A stretch of DNA of 64,000 nucleotides from a bacterium (GCA_041946805.1 JBHGBC010000002.1:82354-146353); one strand, 5' to 3'; counted from the first letter of the stretch, positions 1 through 9,303 are shown. Program-made: numbers and translations. Notes: generated from the sequence alone by a model not told the origin.

Positions 1-107
1 ATATTTTCCTGAAGAACGGTTTCAGGGATGGGTGGGCTACGCTTCGCTTGGAGCCCACCCTATATTCCCTGTGCAACGCGCCCACTGTCTTCATGTATCA
101 CAGCGCA

Positions 108-150
108 ACCCTCCCCTCTTCCCCTGGGAGAGGGCCAGGGTGAGGGAATT
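108..150. repeat. REP-like GC-rich palindromic element, copy A (ccctcccctcttcccctgggagagggccagggtgaggg)
   Basis: Imperfect hairpin. Shares the core GGGAGAGGGCYAGGGTGAGGG with copies at 19459, 36168 (reverse orientation), 62288 and 31681. Intergenic. Generates the spurious ORF 32..265 (…PLFPWERARVREF…). Confidence 0.7.
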
Positions 151-159
151 CTGTAGGGT

Positions 160-185
160 GGGTGGATTGAAGCGAAATCCCCCAT
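160..185. repeat. Second hairpin repeat family, copy 1 (gggtggattgaagcgaaatccccc)
   Basis: Near-identical to 2244..2273 (gggtggattgagcctcgcgaaatccaccc). Both lie immediately 3' of minus-strand genes. 9-bp stem gggtggatt/aatccaccc. Confidence 0.55.
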
Positions 186-309
186 CCGGATCTGATTCAG
201 ACAAAAACCTGCCCTTTTCTCTCTCAGGAGCCCCGGAGGGGCATTCCTATTTTAGCCAGGGGTAAAACCCCTGGAACATTGAAATATCTTGACATCCGAT
301 CAGGCGGGA

Positions 310-2100
310 TTACTCGGATGGGGTATACACATTCCGGCCGCTATCCAGCAGAGTGCTGATCGTGGGAGACACGGTGATGTTCACCCCGTGTTTTTCACAG
401 ATCCTCTGAATCAACGGAAAATGCTCCGACTGGGTCATCCATTCCCAGGTGATGAGCAGGTCGGGATGATACACTTCGAACAACGATTCCAGGTCCGGAA
501 TCGTCCCGATGATGTTGAATCCGGAGATCGAGGAATAGCGCTTCCACTCGATGTCCGTCACGATCCCCAGAATCTTCCAGGCGTCGTTGTTGATCCGCTC
601 CAGGGTGCTGAGCAGGAGTTCGGCCTCGAGGCCCACGCCCAGCAGGATCACCCGCCGGGGGGCCGGCTGCGCGGCGGCGTTGAACTGGGGCAGGCACCAC
701 AAGAGCGCCATGACCGCCGACAACACCGAGAAGACCACCGTGTCCAGGATGATGGAAAGACGGGAGTAGTTCGGATCCTGCCGGATCAAGTACACCAGTA
801 GAATCAGGCCCATCCCGATCATGGAAACATGCGTGATACGGAACAGTTCCCGCCCGAAGAACGAACGCCAGGTCTTGGCCCGGGGAGGCCAGAGAAACAG
901 CGCCAAGGCCGCGCGGATGGCGAAAGTGAACAGGGAGACGGCCCACACTTTGGGAATCAAGAGGGCGATGTTCAACTGGCTCAGCCGGATCATGTGCGAG
1001 ATCCAGAACGAAAAAAAACCGATCAATCCGTACAGCGCCAGTATAACTAAATGAGTCAGCGCGCCGCTCAGGGACTGGAAAAATCCGGTGGCCAGAAACG
1101 CGTCGTGGATGGCGATGTATCCGATGCGCGCCGCCGTCAGGAAGGCCGGCAGCAGCAGCGCATCGGTGATGTGGGCGCTCAAGTACAAATCCCGCTCCTC
1201 GAAGAACATCAAGACCGTGGTCAACGCCAGCGAGGAATAGAGCGAAGCCTTGATGAGGGTCAACAAATAGCCGGCGGTGATCGCGGAGGAAATCGGATAC
1301 CGGTGCAGCCCGAACAGGAAAAACACCGCGGGCCGGATCAACAGGCTGAGCCAGACCACCTTGCGCAGGCTGGGGAACACGTCGGGCGGTATGCCCATCT
1401 GGAACACCAGGTGAAAAGCCAGCACCAGGCTGAATCCCGAGACGATCGTGTCGGAGAGCAGCATGAACGCGTGGGTCAGATGGACCAGCAGCCATTGCCA
1501 GGTGATGGTCTTGGTGAACAATGCTCCGGCGACTCCGATGAAGATCTTCAGATCGAGCGCCAGGCTCTTCCCCGCGATGTATTCGATCTCGTGGTCCAGT
1601 TTTTCCGGCAGGATGTGTTCAACGTAATACTTCTCGTGGTCCACGCAGCCGGGCGGGTAGAGGTCGGTTTCATGGGGATGCTTGATCTGGCTGTATCCGA
1701 TCACCCCGGGGCGGACGGAGAGTACCTGTTTCCACTTTTCAGGATAGAAGGCGGTGAACTTGGGGATCTCGGGACGTGGGCCAATCAGGGCCATGTGCCC
1801 GAGGAGGATGTTGACGATCTGGGGCAGCTCGTCCAGCTTGAAGCGTTCCAGGAACCGGCCGATGCGCGTGAGGCGCACATCATGCCGCGTGGTGATGCCC
1901 TTGCCGTCCGGAGGGACGTAGGAAGGCATTTTGCGGAACTTGATCATCCAAAAATACCGGCCGTGGATCCCCACACGGCGCTGAAAAAAGAGCGGCCATC
2001 CAGGGGAATCCAGCACGATAGCGGCCATCAGCACCAGAAACAGCGGGCTGAGAAGGAGCAGCGCCAACAACGCCAGTATGAATTCCAACCACCGCGGCAT
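310..2100 (-). CDS. Phosphoglycosyl transferase with permuted architecture. N-terminal PglC/WbaP-type monotopic sugar-transferase catalytic domain, then polytopic membrane region, then C-terminal CoA-binding/Rossmann-like domain
   Basis: N-terminus has a reentrant helix (FILALLALLLLSPLFLVLMAAIVL) then DSPGWPLFFQRRVGIHGRYFWMIKFRKM…ELPQIVNILLGHMALIGPRP…, the hallmark of bacterial sugar transferases (PF02397). It ends with DHEIEYIAGKSLALDLKIFI. The C-terminal 400 aa are multi-TM plus RRVILLGVGLEAELL…ILGIVTDIEW…, resembling the N-terminal TM+CoA-binding module of large WbaP-type PGTs. Domain order is inverted relative to WbaP. Confidence 0.8.
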   Translation of the reverse strand: MPRWLEFILALLALLLLSPLFLVLMAAIVLDSPGWPLFFQRRVGIHGRYFWMIKFRKMPSYVPPDGKGITTRHDVRLTRIGRFLERFKLDELPQIVNILLGHMALIGPRPEIPKFTAFYPEKWKQVLSVRPGVIGYSQIKHPHETDLYPPGCVDHEKYYVEHILPEKLDHEIEYIAGKSLALDLKIFIGVAGALFTKTITWQWLLVHLTHAFMLLSDTIVSGFSLVLAFHLVFQMGIPPDVFPSLRKVVWLSLLIRPAVFFLFGLHRYPISSAITAGYLLTLIKASLYSSLALTTVLMFFEERDLYLSAHITDALLLPAFLTAARIGYIAIHDAFLATGFFQSLSGALTHLVILALYGLIGFFSFWISHMIRLSQLNIALLIPKVWAVSLFTFAIRAALALFLWPPRAKTWRSFFGRELFRITHVSMIGMGLILLVYLIRQDPNYSRLSIILDTVVFSVLSAVMALLWCLPQFNAAAQPAPRRVILLGVGLEAELLLSTLERINNDAWKILGIVTDIEWKRYSSISGFNIIGTIPDLESLFEVYHPDLLITWEWMTQSEHFPLIQRICEKHGVNITVSPTISTLLDSGRNVYTPSE

Positions 2101-2243
2101 AACGAATGTCTACCCAAATCGGTCCTGCATCAACAACCTGCCCTCGCCGGTCGATCGCCTGATCCGCGTTTCCTTGCGCAGTACCCATCCATCTCTATCA
2201 TACCGTATTTTCGGCGGACCGTCTGGATTCATTGAGACTAGGC

Positions 2244-2273
2244 CGGGTGGATTGAGCCTCGCGAAATCCACCC
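2244..2273. repeat. Second hairpin repeat family, copy 2
   Basis: gggtggatt-gagcctcgcga-aatccaccc, a perfect 9-bp stem. Homologous to 160..185. Confidence 0.55.
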
Positions 2274-2282
2274 CATCGCCAG

Positions 2283-3575
2283 TCACCCCCTCCCCGCCTT
2301 CCCGGACGCGATCCCGGCGGCGGAGCAGACCATCGCCAGGGTGGTCAAGCCGTCGGTGGCGACAGTCATCCAGGCGGCCCCAATGAAGCCCCAGGCGGGG
2401 ATCAGTATGGCATTGCCGGTGATGTTGATCAACAGTCCGGCCAGATTGATGCCCATATAGTGGCGGATGCCCCGCCGTTCCTCGTTGACCAGAAAATAGC
2501 CGAAGGCGTTGCCCAGAAAAGTGATGGGCAGGGTCCAGGCCATCACTTGCAGGGCATGGGTGGTCTGCTGGTACGCATCCGGATAGAGCCAAGCCGTGAT
2601 CCGGCCGCTTTCGGCCTGTAACAACAAGGCCAGGAACAATCCCAGGGCGCCCAGCAGCAGCCCGACGGCCGCGACGAAGCGGAAGGCCGCCGGGCGGGAG
2701 CGGTTGATCCGGCGGCTGATGGTGGGAGCCAGGGCCTGGTAGACGGAGAGGAAAATCATGCTCAGAAGGCCGGCCAGCCGGAACGCCCCGCTGTAGTAGG
2801 CGATCGAGGAGACTGGGCCAAGCCATTCCAGCATGATCATGTCGATCCGGGCGTATAAAATGAAAAAAACGGAACCCAGCGTCAGGGGGTAAAAATCGCG
2901 CGCCAGTTCGGCCAGGGACATGGGCGCGGCCGGCGCGCCGGGGGGCATCGCCGCGTAAATCCGCCGGACGCGCCGGACATACAAGACATGGTTAAGCACC
3001 CAGCGCAAAAGCAGGACCAGCGAAGCACCGGCCAGCGGGAACGGGAGATACAGCACCAGCGCCGCGCCCAGCCCCAGCACCGCTAGGTTGCACAGCACGT
3101 TGACGCTCATCGCCCACTGCACCTGGTTGAGCGAGATGAAAAGCGACTCGTACACGCTGCAGGTGCTTTGAAAATAGATCGCGGCGCAGAACATCCCCAG
3201 CACGCCGGCGCGGGTGAAAGTGAAGGATTCGAGGATGACCGCGGCGAAGAGCAGCGTGGCCGCCACGAGGACGATCTGGTCCAGCAGAGCCATCACCCCC
3301 GGCCCCTGATCGCGCCACCATTCCTGGCGGCGGGAGTTCTCACGCAGGACGATCAGGGCCAAGCCGGGAACCGCCACGCCGGCCCCGATCTCCAGGCAGG
3401 CGCGTCCCAGCTCGAACAGGCCGAGTTCGTCGGATGTGAACGTGTTGATCAGCAACAGGAAAAAAAGGAATTGCACCGCCCCGTTCGCGATCTTTTGTCC
3501 CGCGATGAAGGCGCTGTTGCTCAAGACACGGAAAATTTCTTTCATATCGAGAAGGCCGCGCGGGGCCCTGGACAC
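2283..3575 (-). CDS. Polysaccharide/O-antigen flippase (Wzx-like, MOP/polysaccharide biosynthesis protein family)
   Basis: 430 aa with ~12 predicted TM helices. Typical Polysacc_synt N-terminus (VLSNSAFIAGQKIANGAVQFLFFLLLINTFTSDELG). Gene context between the PGT and a nucleotidyltransferase. Confidence 0.7.
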   Translation of the reverse strand: MSRAPRGLLDMKEIFRVLSNSAFIAGQKIANGAVQFLFFLLLINTFTSDELGLFELGRACLEIGAGVAVPGLALIVLRENSRRQEWWRDQGPGVMALLDQIVLVAATLLFAAVILESFTFTRAGVLGMFCAAIYFQSTCSVYESLFISLNQVQWAMSVNVLCNLAVLGLGAALVLYLPFPLAGASLVLLLRWVLNHVLYVRRVRRIYAAMPPGAPAAPMSLAELARDFYPLTLGSVFFILYARIDMIMLEWLGPVSSIAYYSGAFRLAGLLSMIFLSVYQALAPTISRRINRSRPAAFRFVAAVGLLLGALGLFLALLLQAESGRITAWLYPDAYQQTTHALQVMAWTLPITFLGNAFGYFLVNEERRGIRHYMGINLAGLLINITGNAILIPAWGFIGAAWMTVATDGLTTLAMVCSAAGIASGKAGRG

Positions 3576-3587
3576 TTCCCTGCCGGA

Positions 3588-4298
3588 TCAAGCCGGGGGC
3601 CAATATCGGTCCCGGTGGGCCTCGAATTCCTCGATGGCGAGGTTCAGTTCATCCGGGGTTCCCATGTCGAGCCAATGGCCCGTAAAGGGGTAGACCGCAA
3701 CCCGTTCGCCGGCCGCCAACAGGCGGTGCATCAGGTGATCGAAGCCGAACGGTTCGCCGCGGGGAATGTAGTCGAGGATCCGCGGCTCGAAGATGTAGAC
3801 GCCCATGCTCACGTCGTAGTCGAACTCGGGTTTCTCCTGGAATCCGGTGATCCGCCGGTCCGCGCCGTAAGTGATCACTCCCAGCGCCAGGCGGACATGC
3901 CGCTTGCAGGTCCCCACCGTGGCGATCGCGCCGCCGCGGCGGTGGGTTTCATACAGATCGCGGTAATCGAGATCGGTCAACAGGTCGCCGTTCATGACCA
4001 GGAACGATTCATTCAGGCCGGAAATCAGGGTCAGGGGTGCGATGGTATTGAGGGGTTTGTCCTCCAACGAATAATCGACGCGGATGCCCAGGCGGGAGCC
4101 GTCGCCCATCACGGCCATGATCAGTTCCGCGTGGTAGCCGACCGAGATGGTGATGTGATCGAAGCCCCGCCAGGCCAGCTGGCGGATGACGACTTCCAGG
4201 ATGGGCTTATCCCCCAGGGGAACGAGGGGCTTGGGCAGGACCAGGGTGTAGGGAAAGAGGCGCTGGCCCCGGCCGCCCGCCATGATGATCGCGCGCAT
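3588..4298 (-). CDS. Sugar-1-phosphate nucleotidyltransferase (NTP_transferase family)
   Basis: N-terminal MRAIIMAGGRGQRLFPYTLVLPKPLVPLGDKPILEVVIRQL, the G-rich nucleotide-binding loop of glucose/mannose-1-P nucleotidyltransferases. 236 aa. Confidence 0.8.
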   Translation of the reverse strand: MRAIIMAGGRGQRLFPYTLVLPKPLVPLGDKPILEVVIRQLAWRGFDHITISVGYHAELIMAVMGDGSRLGIRVDYSLEDKPLNTIAPLTLISGLNESFLVMNGDLLTDLDYRDLYETHRRGGAIATVGTCKRHVRLALGVITYGADRRITGFQEKPEFDYDVSMGVYIFEPRILDYIPRGEPFGFDHLMHRLLAAGERVAVYPFTGHWLDMGTPDELNLAIEEFEAHRDRYWPPA

Positions 4299-4526
4299 GA
4301 ATCCCGCTTCCTTTCACGAGGTATGATACGTTCTTGGTTCCCTCCACCACCGGTCGGATTTGCCCAAAGGCCCAGCCAAGAACGGGTGAAGTATAAGGGC
4401 CGGGCGGGGATAAATCCACCCGGAGCGATGGCAGAGGAGGAATCACCACCCGGGTATGGAAAGTTGTCTGTATCTGAATGGCCGGCGAGAAGCGCGGAGA
4501 TTCCTAACGAATTCCTCCCCGAGGGG

Positions 4527-4550
4527 AATCCATGTGTATAGACATGGATT
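4527..4550. promoter_or_regulatory. Perfect 9-bp inverted repeat with 6-bp spacer (aatccatgt-gtatag-acatggatt) in a divergent promoter region
   Basis: Seen directly. Lies between the divergently transcribed nucleotidyltransferase operon (-) and the antitoxin-like/VapC pair (+). Candidate operator for a dimeric regulator (possibly the TA complex itself). Confidence 0.4.
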
Positions 4551-4741
4551 TTAACCTGCGGTAAAAAAAACCTTACCAGCAATGTGTTGATCATCCCACG
4601 ATTGATAAGACTGATTTGTAAATTAATTTTCTGTAAAAAATCACTTGACAATTCCTAGAACCGGATGGGGAAATAAAAAGGAGAGGAATTGAAATAGGGG
4701 TGCTGGATAGATTCAAAGCGGGTACGCCAAGGAGGTTCCTG

Positions 4742-5728
4742 ATGAGCAATAAACAACTCCCGCTCTTGATGATTGAATTGGAAGGGCCGGGTATCGGGCC
4801 GGGACGCATGACCGTGTCGCAACTACTCTGTTTGCTGGAAAACTTTGGCAAAGTACTGTTACGAACCGGCCAGGTTCTCGCCGGGGAGAGCCATAGCACC
4901 CGCAAAGGCCCCAAAACCAAGCGGCTCAAGGAATCGATTGACCTCCAACTCGTTCAACTGACACATGGCAGCCCTACGACCGTGCTTGGTTTCGATCGTG
5001 GAGTGCAGATCGATTTTCCAGAAATGGATGATGGTGAATATATTCTTGAAACCACGCTCCAAGGACTCACCGCAATTCAAAATCCGGATCATCCCTTACC
5101 TGCCGGTGTGGACCGGGGAGTTTTACTCGCTTGGCGAGAGTTAGGCCTCCTCTTTCGCAAAAGATGCAATCGAATTTTATTTTCTCTAAATAACCGCGCA
5201 ATTCCGTTACGGATTAAATATACCCCCGCGGGATTCGAACAGATTCAGAAGCGTATTCGAGGTCCCGAACTCAACCTTCGTACAGTCGAGGGCAGGCTTT
5301 TGATGACGGATTTCAAAGAATACGGCACCCGTTGCCGGATTCACCCTCCGATCGGCGATCCCATTATTTGCCTGTTTGATGAAGACCAGAAAGAGGCCGT
5401 TTTGGAAAATATTCTCCAATATGTGCGGATCGAGGGAGAAGCCCAAGAAGACTCGATTTCCAGAAAAATTACAAATATAAAGATCCGCGATATTGAAAGA
5501 ATAGAGGATATGGAGGTCGATGAGAAAAACATCCCAACGGGTGAACCCTTACCGTTCGATTTCTGGAAATCCTGGACGATCGAAGAACTCGCGGAAGCGC
5601 AAGGAGTCATTCCCGTTACGGATGTGACAGCCCTTTTGGGAACATGGCCCGGGGAAGTGGACGATGGTTTTGAGGAATTTATCCAAGACTTGAGGCGGCA
5701 AAATTCGATTGGAGAAAATAACCCGTAA
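4742..5728 (+). CDS. Hypothetical 328-aa protein with a C-terminal antitoxin-like tail (DUF2281/VapB-like motif …LLGTWPGEVDDGFEEFIQDLRR) and a large N-terminal domain of unknown function
   Basis: ATG at 4742 is preceded by a strong SD (aaggagg, 7 nt spacer). The ORF track's 4700 start is GTG without SD. The stop overlaps the VapC start (TAATG at 5725-5730). The C-terminal ~40 aa resemble the toxin-binding tails of small antitoxins partnered with PIN toxins. The N-terminal ~280 aa have no similarity I can recognise. Lies in a low-GC islet. Confidence 0.65.
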   Translation: MSNKQLPLLMIELEGPGIGPGRMTVSQLLCLLENFGKVLLRTGQVLAGESHSTRKGPKTKRLKESIDLQLVQLTHGSPTTVLGFDRGVQIDFPEMDDGEYILETTLQGLTAIQNPDHPLPAGVDRGVLLAWRELGLLFRKRCNRILFSLNNRAIPLRIKYTPAGFEQIQKRIRGPELNLRTVEGRLLMTDFKEYGTRCRIHPPIGDPIICLFDEDQKEAVLENILQYVRIEGEAQEDSISRKITNIKIRDIERIEDMEVDEKNIPTGEPLPFDFWKSWTIEELAEAQGVIPVTDVTALLGTWPGEVDDGFEEFIQDLRRQNSIGENNP

Positions 5729-6128
5729 TGGTAGCGAAACTCATCTTGGATACCAACATTGTATCGTACCTCATGAAGAGGCACTCTTTCGGTCAAAAAT
5801 ATTTGCCACACCTCTTGGGTAAGCTTTTGGCGATCAGCTTCATCACGGTGGGGGAACTTTATGTCGGGGCGGAAAAAGACAAATGGGGAGAAAGAAAGCG
5901 CCTTCATCTCCAGCCATGCTCAAAAACTATGTGGTGATTCCTTATGATGATGGCATCGCGAAGGAGTTTGCGCGAATTTTTGTCAATCGGATGCGGTTGG
6001 GTAAGCCCATTTCATTTTCAGACGCCTGGATATCGGCCTGTGCTGTACGGCATGATGTACCTTTGGTTACACACAATGCGATACACTTTGAGTCCATACC
6101 AGGATTACGGATTATTACTGAGCCATAA
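5728..6128 (+). pseudogene. vapC: VapC-type PIN-domain toxin, split by a +1/-1 frameshift near 5910-5920 (frames 5728..5937 and 5883..6128)
   Basis: N-terminal part MVAKLILDTNIVSYLMKR…ITVGELYVGAEKDKWGERKRLHLQP, with the conserved first acidic residue (LDTN). C-terminal part in another frame: MLKNYVVIPYDDGIAKEFARIFVNRMRLGKPISFSDAWISACAVRHDVPLVTHNAIHFESIPGLRI, the canonical PIN VLPFD / D-x-x-IAA / LVT-N motifs. The shift falls in an a/g-rich stretch (ggaaaaagacaaatggggagaaagaaagcgcc). Either a real pseudogene or a sequencing indel. Confidence 0.65.
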
Positions 6129-6260
6129 AGCTCAAGCTCATGAACTGTTCACTTGAATGAAGTCCATAACGCTACTGAAAGAAATATGGCATTGAAAATC
6201 GGACTATCTAAATTTCCTACCTCTTTTTAGCCCGATTATCGAATTGCATTTAAGAAAATT

Positions 6261-7418
6261 TCACCGCGGCTCCAGCCGGTCCTTCCCTCCCGTCAGCCAT
6301 TCCAGGGTCAGGCGGGCGAAGGTGATCGTTTCGTACGGGCTTTCGTCTCCCCGTTCGTAGAGGCAGCCGATCGTCCCATCCGGCAGCACCACCAGGTCCG
6401 AGTAGGCGGCGGGGCCGGGGTGGATCATCCGCGCCACGGGCCAGGTCTCGCCCTCGTCATAGCTGAGACGGATCGTCAGTTTTTCCCGCTCCGTGCTGGC
6501 GGGATTGGAAAACAGGATCCGGCTTCGGTGAAAATCCCGGGACGAGGTGTAGCGGATCACGGAGGCCTGGCAGACCGGCTCGATCAAGGCGGGATCTTCG
6601 CGCGCCGGCGTCCAGGTCATCCCGCCGTCCCGGCTGTGAGAAACCTGGCGGCGGTGGGTGCTTTTGTATCCCCGCATGTTCAAATAGAGCGAGCCGTCAT
6701 CTCTTTCCAGCACCGTGGATTCGTTGGTGAAGCCGCCAGGCACCGTCCCTCCAATCCGCCAGCCGGCTCCCCGGTCGTCGCTGTAAAAAATGTGGGAATA
6801 CCACTGGAAGAAATCCGGCCCGGTGGAATGGTCGCCGGGGATCACCAGCCGGCCGCCGCGCGTTTGGATCCCATGGCAGGGACCCGTGGCGTACCAGCGC
6901 CAGTCCGTTTTTTTGACGTATTGCGTGATTTCCACCGGTTCGGCCCAGGTGGCGCCGTCATCCCGGCTGAAGGTGATCCACGCGGTACGGGAGCCTTGGC
7001 CCCGGTGGATGGCGCTCTCCTCGATATCGCCGCCGTTCTTGGTGAAGGGCAGCCAGATCGTGCCCGATTCGCGGTCCACCACGGGCGCGGGATTGCCGCA
7101 CGTGTTGCCGCCGTCGTCCACCAGGATTTGCAGGGGGAGCCAGGTTTTCCCCTGGTCGCGGCTGCGTTTGAGCACCAGGTCGATGTTCCCCGAGTCGCCC
7201 CGCCCCGCTTTCCGGCCCTCGCCGAACGCGAGGAGGGTCCCTTGGTTCGAGACCACCACGGCGGGGATCCGGTAGGTATCGTAACCGTCCAAGCCCGAGA
7301 CGTAGACTGGTTTTTGGCGGATCCAACTGTCTTGGGGATTCGATTCGCCCGGCCGACTGCTGCTTCCGGCAAGAAATAAGAAAACAAGTGGAATCCCGAG
7401 TGATTTCATTACGCTCAT
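6261..7418 (-). CDS. Exo-alpha-sialidase (GH33, BNR/Asp-box repeats) with N-terminal signal peptide
   Basis: YRIPAVV (RIP arginine motif) plus four Asp-boxes (SRDDGATW, SDDRGAGW, SRDGGMTW, SYDEGETW). Likely start at MSVMKSLGIPLVFLFLAGSSS (signal peptide). The ORF track's 7520 start adds 34 non-conserved residues. Confidence 0.85.
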   Translation of the reverse strand: MSVMKSLGIPLVFLFLAGSSSRPGESNPQDSWIRQKPVYVSGLDGYDTYRIPAVVVSNQGTLLAFGEGRKAGRGDSGNIDLVLKRSRDQGKTWLPLQILVDDGGNTCGNPAPVVDRESGTIWLPFTKNGGDIEESAIHRGQGSRTAWITFSRDDGATWAEPVEITQYVKKTDWRWYATGPCHGIQTRGGRLVIPGDHSTGPDFFQWYSHIFYSDDRGAGWRIGGTVPGGFTNESTVLERDDGSLYLNMRGYKSTHRRQVSHSRDGGMTWTPAREDPALIEPVCQASVIRYTSSRDFHRSRILFSNPASTEREKLTIRLSYDEGETWPVARMIHPGPAAYSDLVVLPDGTIGCLYERGDESPYETITFARLTLEWLTGGKDRLEPR

Positions 7419-8298
7419 GATCAAATGTTTCACCCCTGTTTCAAAAGATGCATCCATGATACGGCTGGAAAGGCCGGCAAGGCAACATGGTTCTGCCGAG
7501 TTTTTCCAACACCGATCCAATACCCCTCCAATACCCCAAACGGAGCGGATTCATCGATTGCACAAAACACCCATATGGCGCCCTTTCCGGGTCTCCCTCG
7601 ACTTGATCCTCTCAGAGGGTGAGGGGAATTGTCAGCGGGAGGCCATGGAGTGGCCGGATTGAACCACGGATGACACGGAGGGGGCATATGGATTTCAAAG
7701 AAAAAAGAGATTCGGAAAGGACGTTCTGGTCCGGGGCCGCCCAGGATTTGGCAAGGATTTGCGTAAGGATTTTGTTCAGGTTTGTATCGCGCCCCGGGTC
7801 GAAATCCTCAATTGAGGAAAGCGTCATTCATCGGGTTCGCGTGGTATAAGAACCAGGGTTGCATGGCCGTAACCGTACGGTAACCGCGGTGGCGAAGGCA
7901 CGTTGCCCCGAGGGGAACGGATAAGCCGATTCCGCACCTTGAAACGGCGCGGCTGCCACCCCATCGCGATCCTCGCGGCCGCCGTCCGGGAATTCGTCCG
8001 CACCGGACAACGGCCGCCCTTCCCGCCGGTCATCAATTCAGAAGGGCGGCCAATTGCGAAATATTCAACCCTGCACTATGCAGTTCATCCCTAAAAAATG
8101 CAATTCATCACAAATTATTTCTCATTTACTTGAATTAGAATTATATCACTTTAAAATAAATCCCAGACGGTTGGAGAAGGGAGGATGAATCGGGAACCAA
8201 TCTACGGATCTAACTTACGGCTCAACCAATATTCAATGTGGATTGGACTATGAATACCCTGCTAAATTAAAACAGTTCTCGTGCCGAAAGGAAGAACC

Positions 8299-9303
8299 AT
8301 GGATAATAAGCAAACCCGGCGGCATTTCATAAAAACCAGCGGTATCGCTTTGGGGACAGTTGCCTTGAACAGCTGGATAATTCCCGGTAATCCTGTCCCG
8401 GCGGCGGAGAGTAAAATCCCGGTATATTTCACTAGCAATATCAGCGCAAAGGGATTGCAAAATATTTATTCCAAACTGGAGCGAAACCGGAAATTGCCCG
8501 GAAAAACCGCAGTCAAAATACATTCCGGTGAACCTGGCGGTCAACATTTTCTTTCTGCCAATCTGATCAAGGAATTGGTCCGATCGCTTAACGGCACTAT
8601 CGTTGAATGCAATACCGCTTACCGCGGCAAGCGCTACGAAACAGCGAGTCATAAAAAGGTAATGCAAGACCACGGTTTGGCTGAAATTGCGCCCGTGGAT
8701 ATTCTGGATGAAGAGGGATCGATCAGTTTGCCAATCCCGAAAGGTCAAAACATACAGGAGAATTTTGTCGGATCTCATTTTACGAAATACGATTCATTCC
8801 TGATCCTGTCCCATTTCAAGGGCCACGCCATGGCGGGATTCGGCGGCGCGATCAAAAACATGTCGATCGGAATCGCTTCCGCCGAGGGGAAATTATGGAT
8901 TCACACCGCCGGGTCTACCAAGAATCTAGATAATTTCTTTGATGCCTTTCGGACGAAACAGGATCTATTTCTGGAATCGATGGCCGAAGCCGCCGGATCG
9001 GTGATCACCAAACTTGATCATAACCTGCTGTATATCAATGTAATGAATAATCTCTCCGTGGACTGTGACTGTAGCAACAGACCCGCCCCGCCGGAGCTCG
9101 AGGATATAGGCATTCTGGCTTCCCTGGATCCGGTGGCGCTGGATAAGGCTTGCGTCGATTTGGTCTATGCCGCAGACAAAGGCAAGAATGCCGCTCTACG
9201 AGAACGCATCGAATCCCGAAACGGCATCCATGCCCTGGATCACGCCGAGAAAATGGGCCTGGGCAGCCAGGAATATGTTTTGGAAAAAATTGATGTTTCT
9301 TGA
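8299..9303 (+). CDS. DUF362-domain protein with twin-arginine (Tat) signal peptide
   Basis: MDNKQTRRHFIKTSGIALGTVALNS is a Tat motif. Body resembles the DUF362 family (…LILSHFKGHAMAGFGGAIKNMSIGIAS…SVDCDCSNRP…). An SD (aaggaag) precedes the ATG at 8299. Lower-GC region. Confidence 0.65.
   Translation: MDNKQTRRHFIKTSGIALGTVALNSWIIPGNPVPAAESKIPVYFTSNISAKGLQNIYSKLERNRKLPGKTAVKIHSGEPGGQHFLSANLIKELVRSLNGTIVECNTAYRGKRYETASHKKVMQDHGLAEIAPVDILDEEGSISLPIPKGQNIQENFVGSHFTKYDSFLILSHFKGHAMAGFGGAIKNMSIGIASAEGKLWIHTAGSTKNLDNFFDAFRTKQDLFLESMAEAAGSVITKLDHNLLYINVMNNLSVDCDCSNRPAPPELEDIGILASLDPVALDKACVDLVYAADKGKNAALRERIESRNGIHALDHAEKMGLGSQEYVLEKIDVS

Noticed and set aside
32-265. 77-aa ORF (…PLFPWERARVREFCRVGG…) at the window start
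   Set aside because: It is the translation of the REP-like palindromic element (copy A). The same peptide-like string arises wherever the repeat occurs. Not a gene.
259-277. Hairpin ccagggg-taaaa-cccctgg downstream of the PGT gene as intrinsic terminator
   Set aside because: No U-tract on either strand. More likely part of the repeat cluster.
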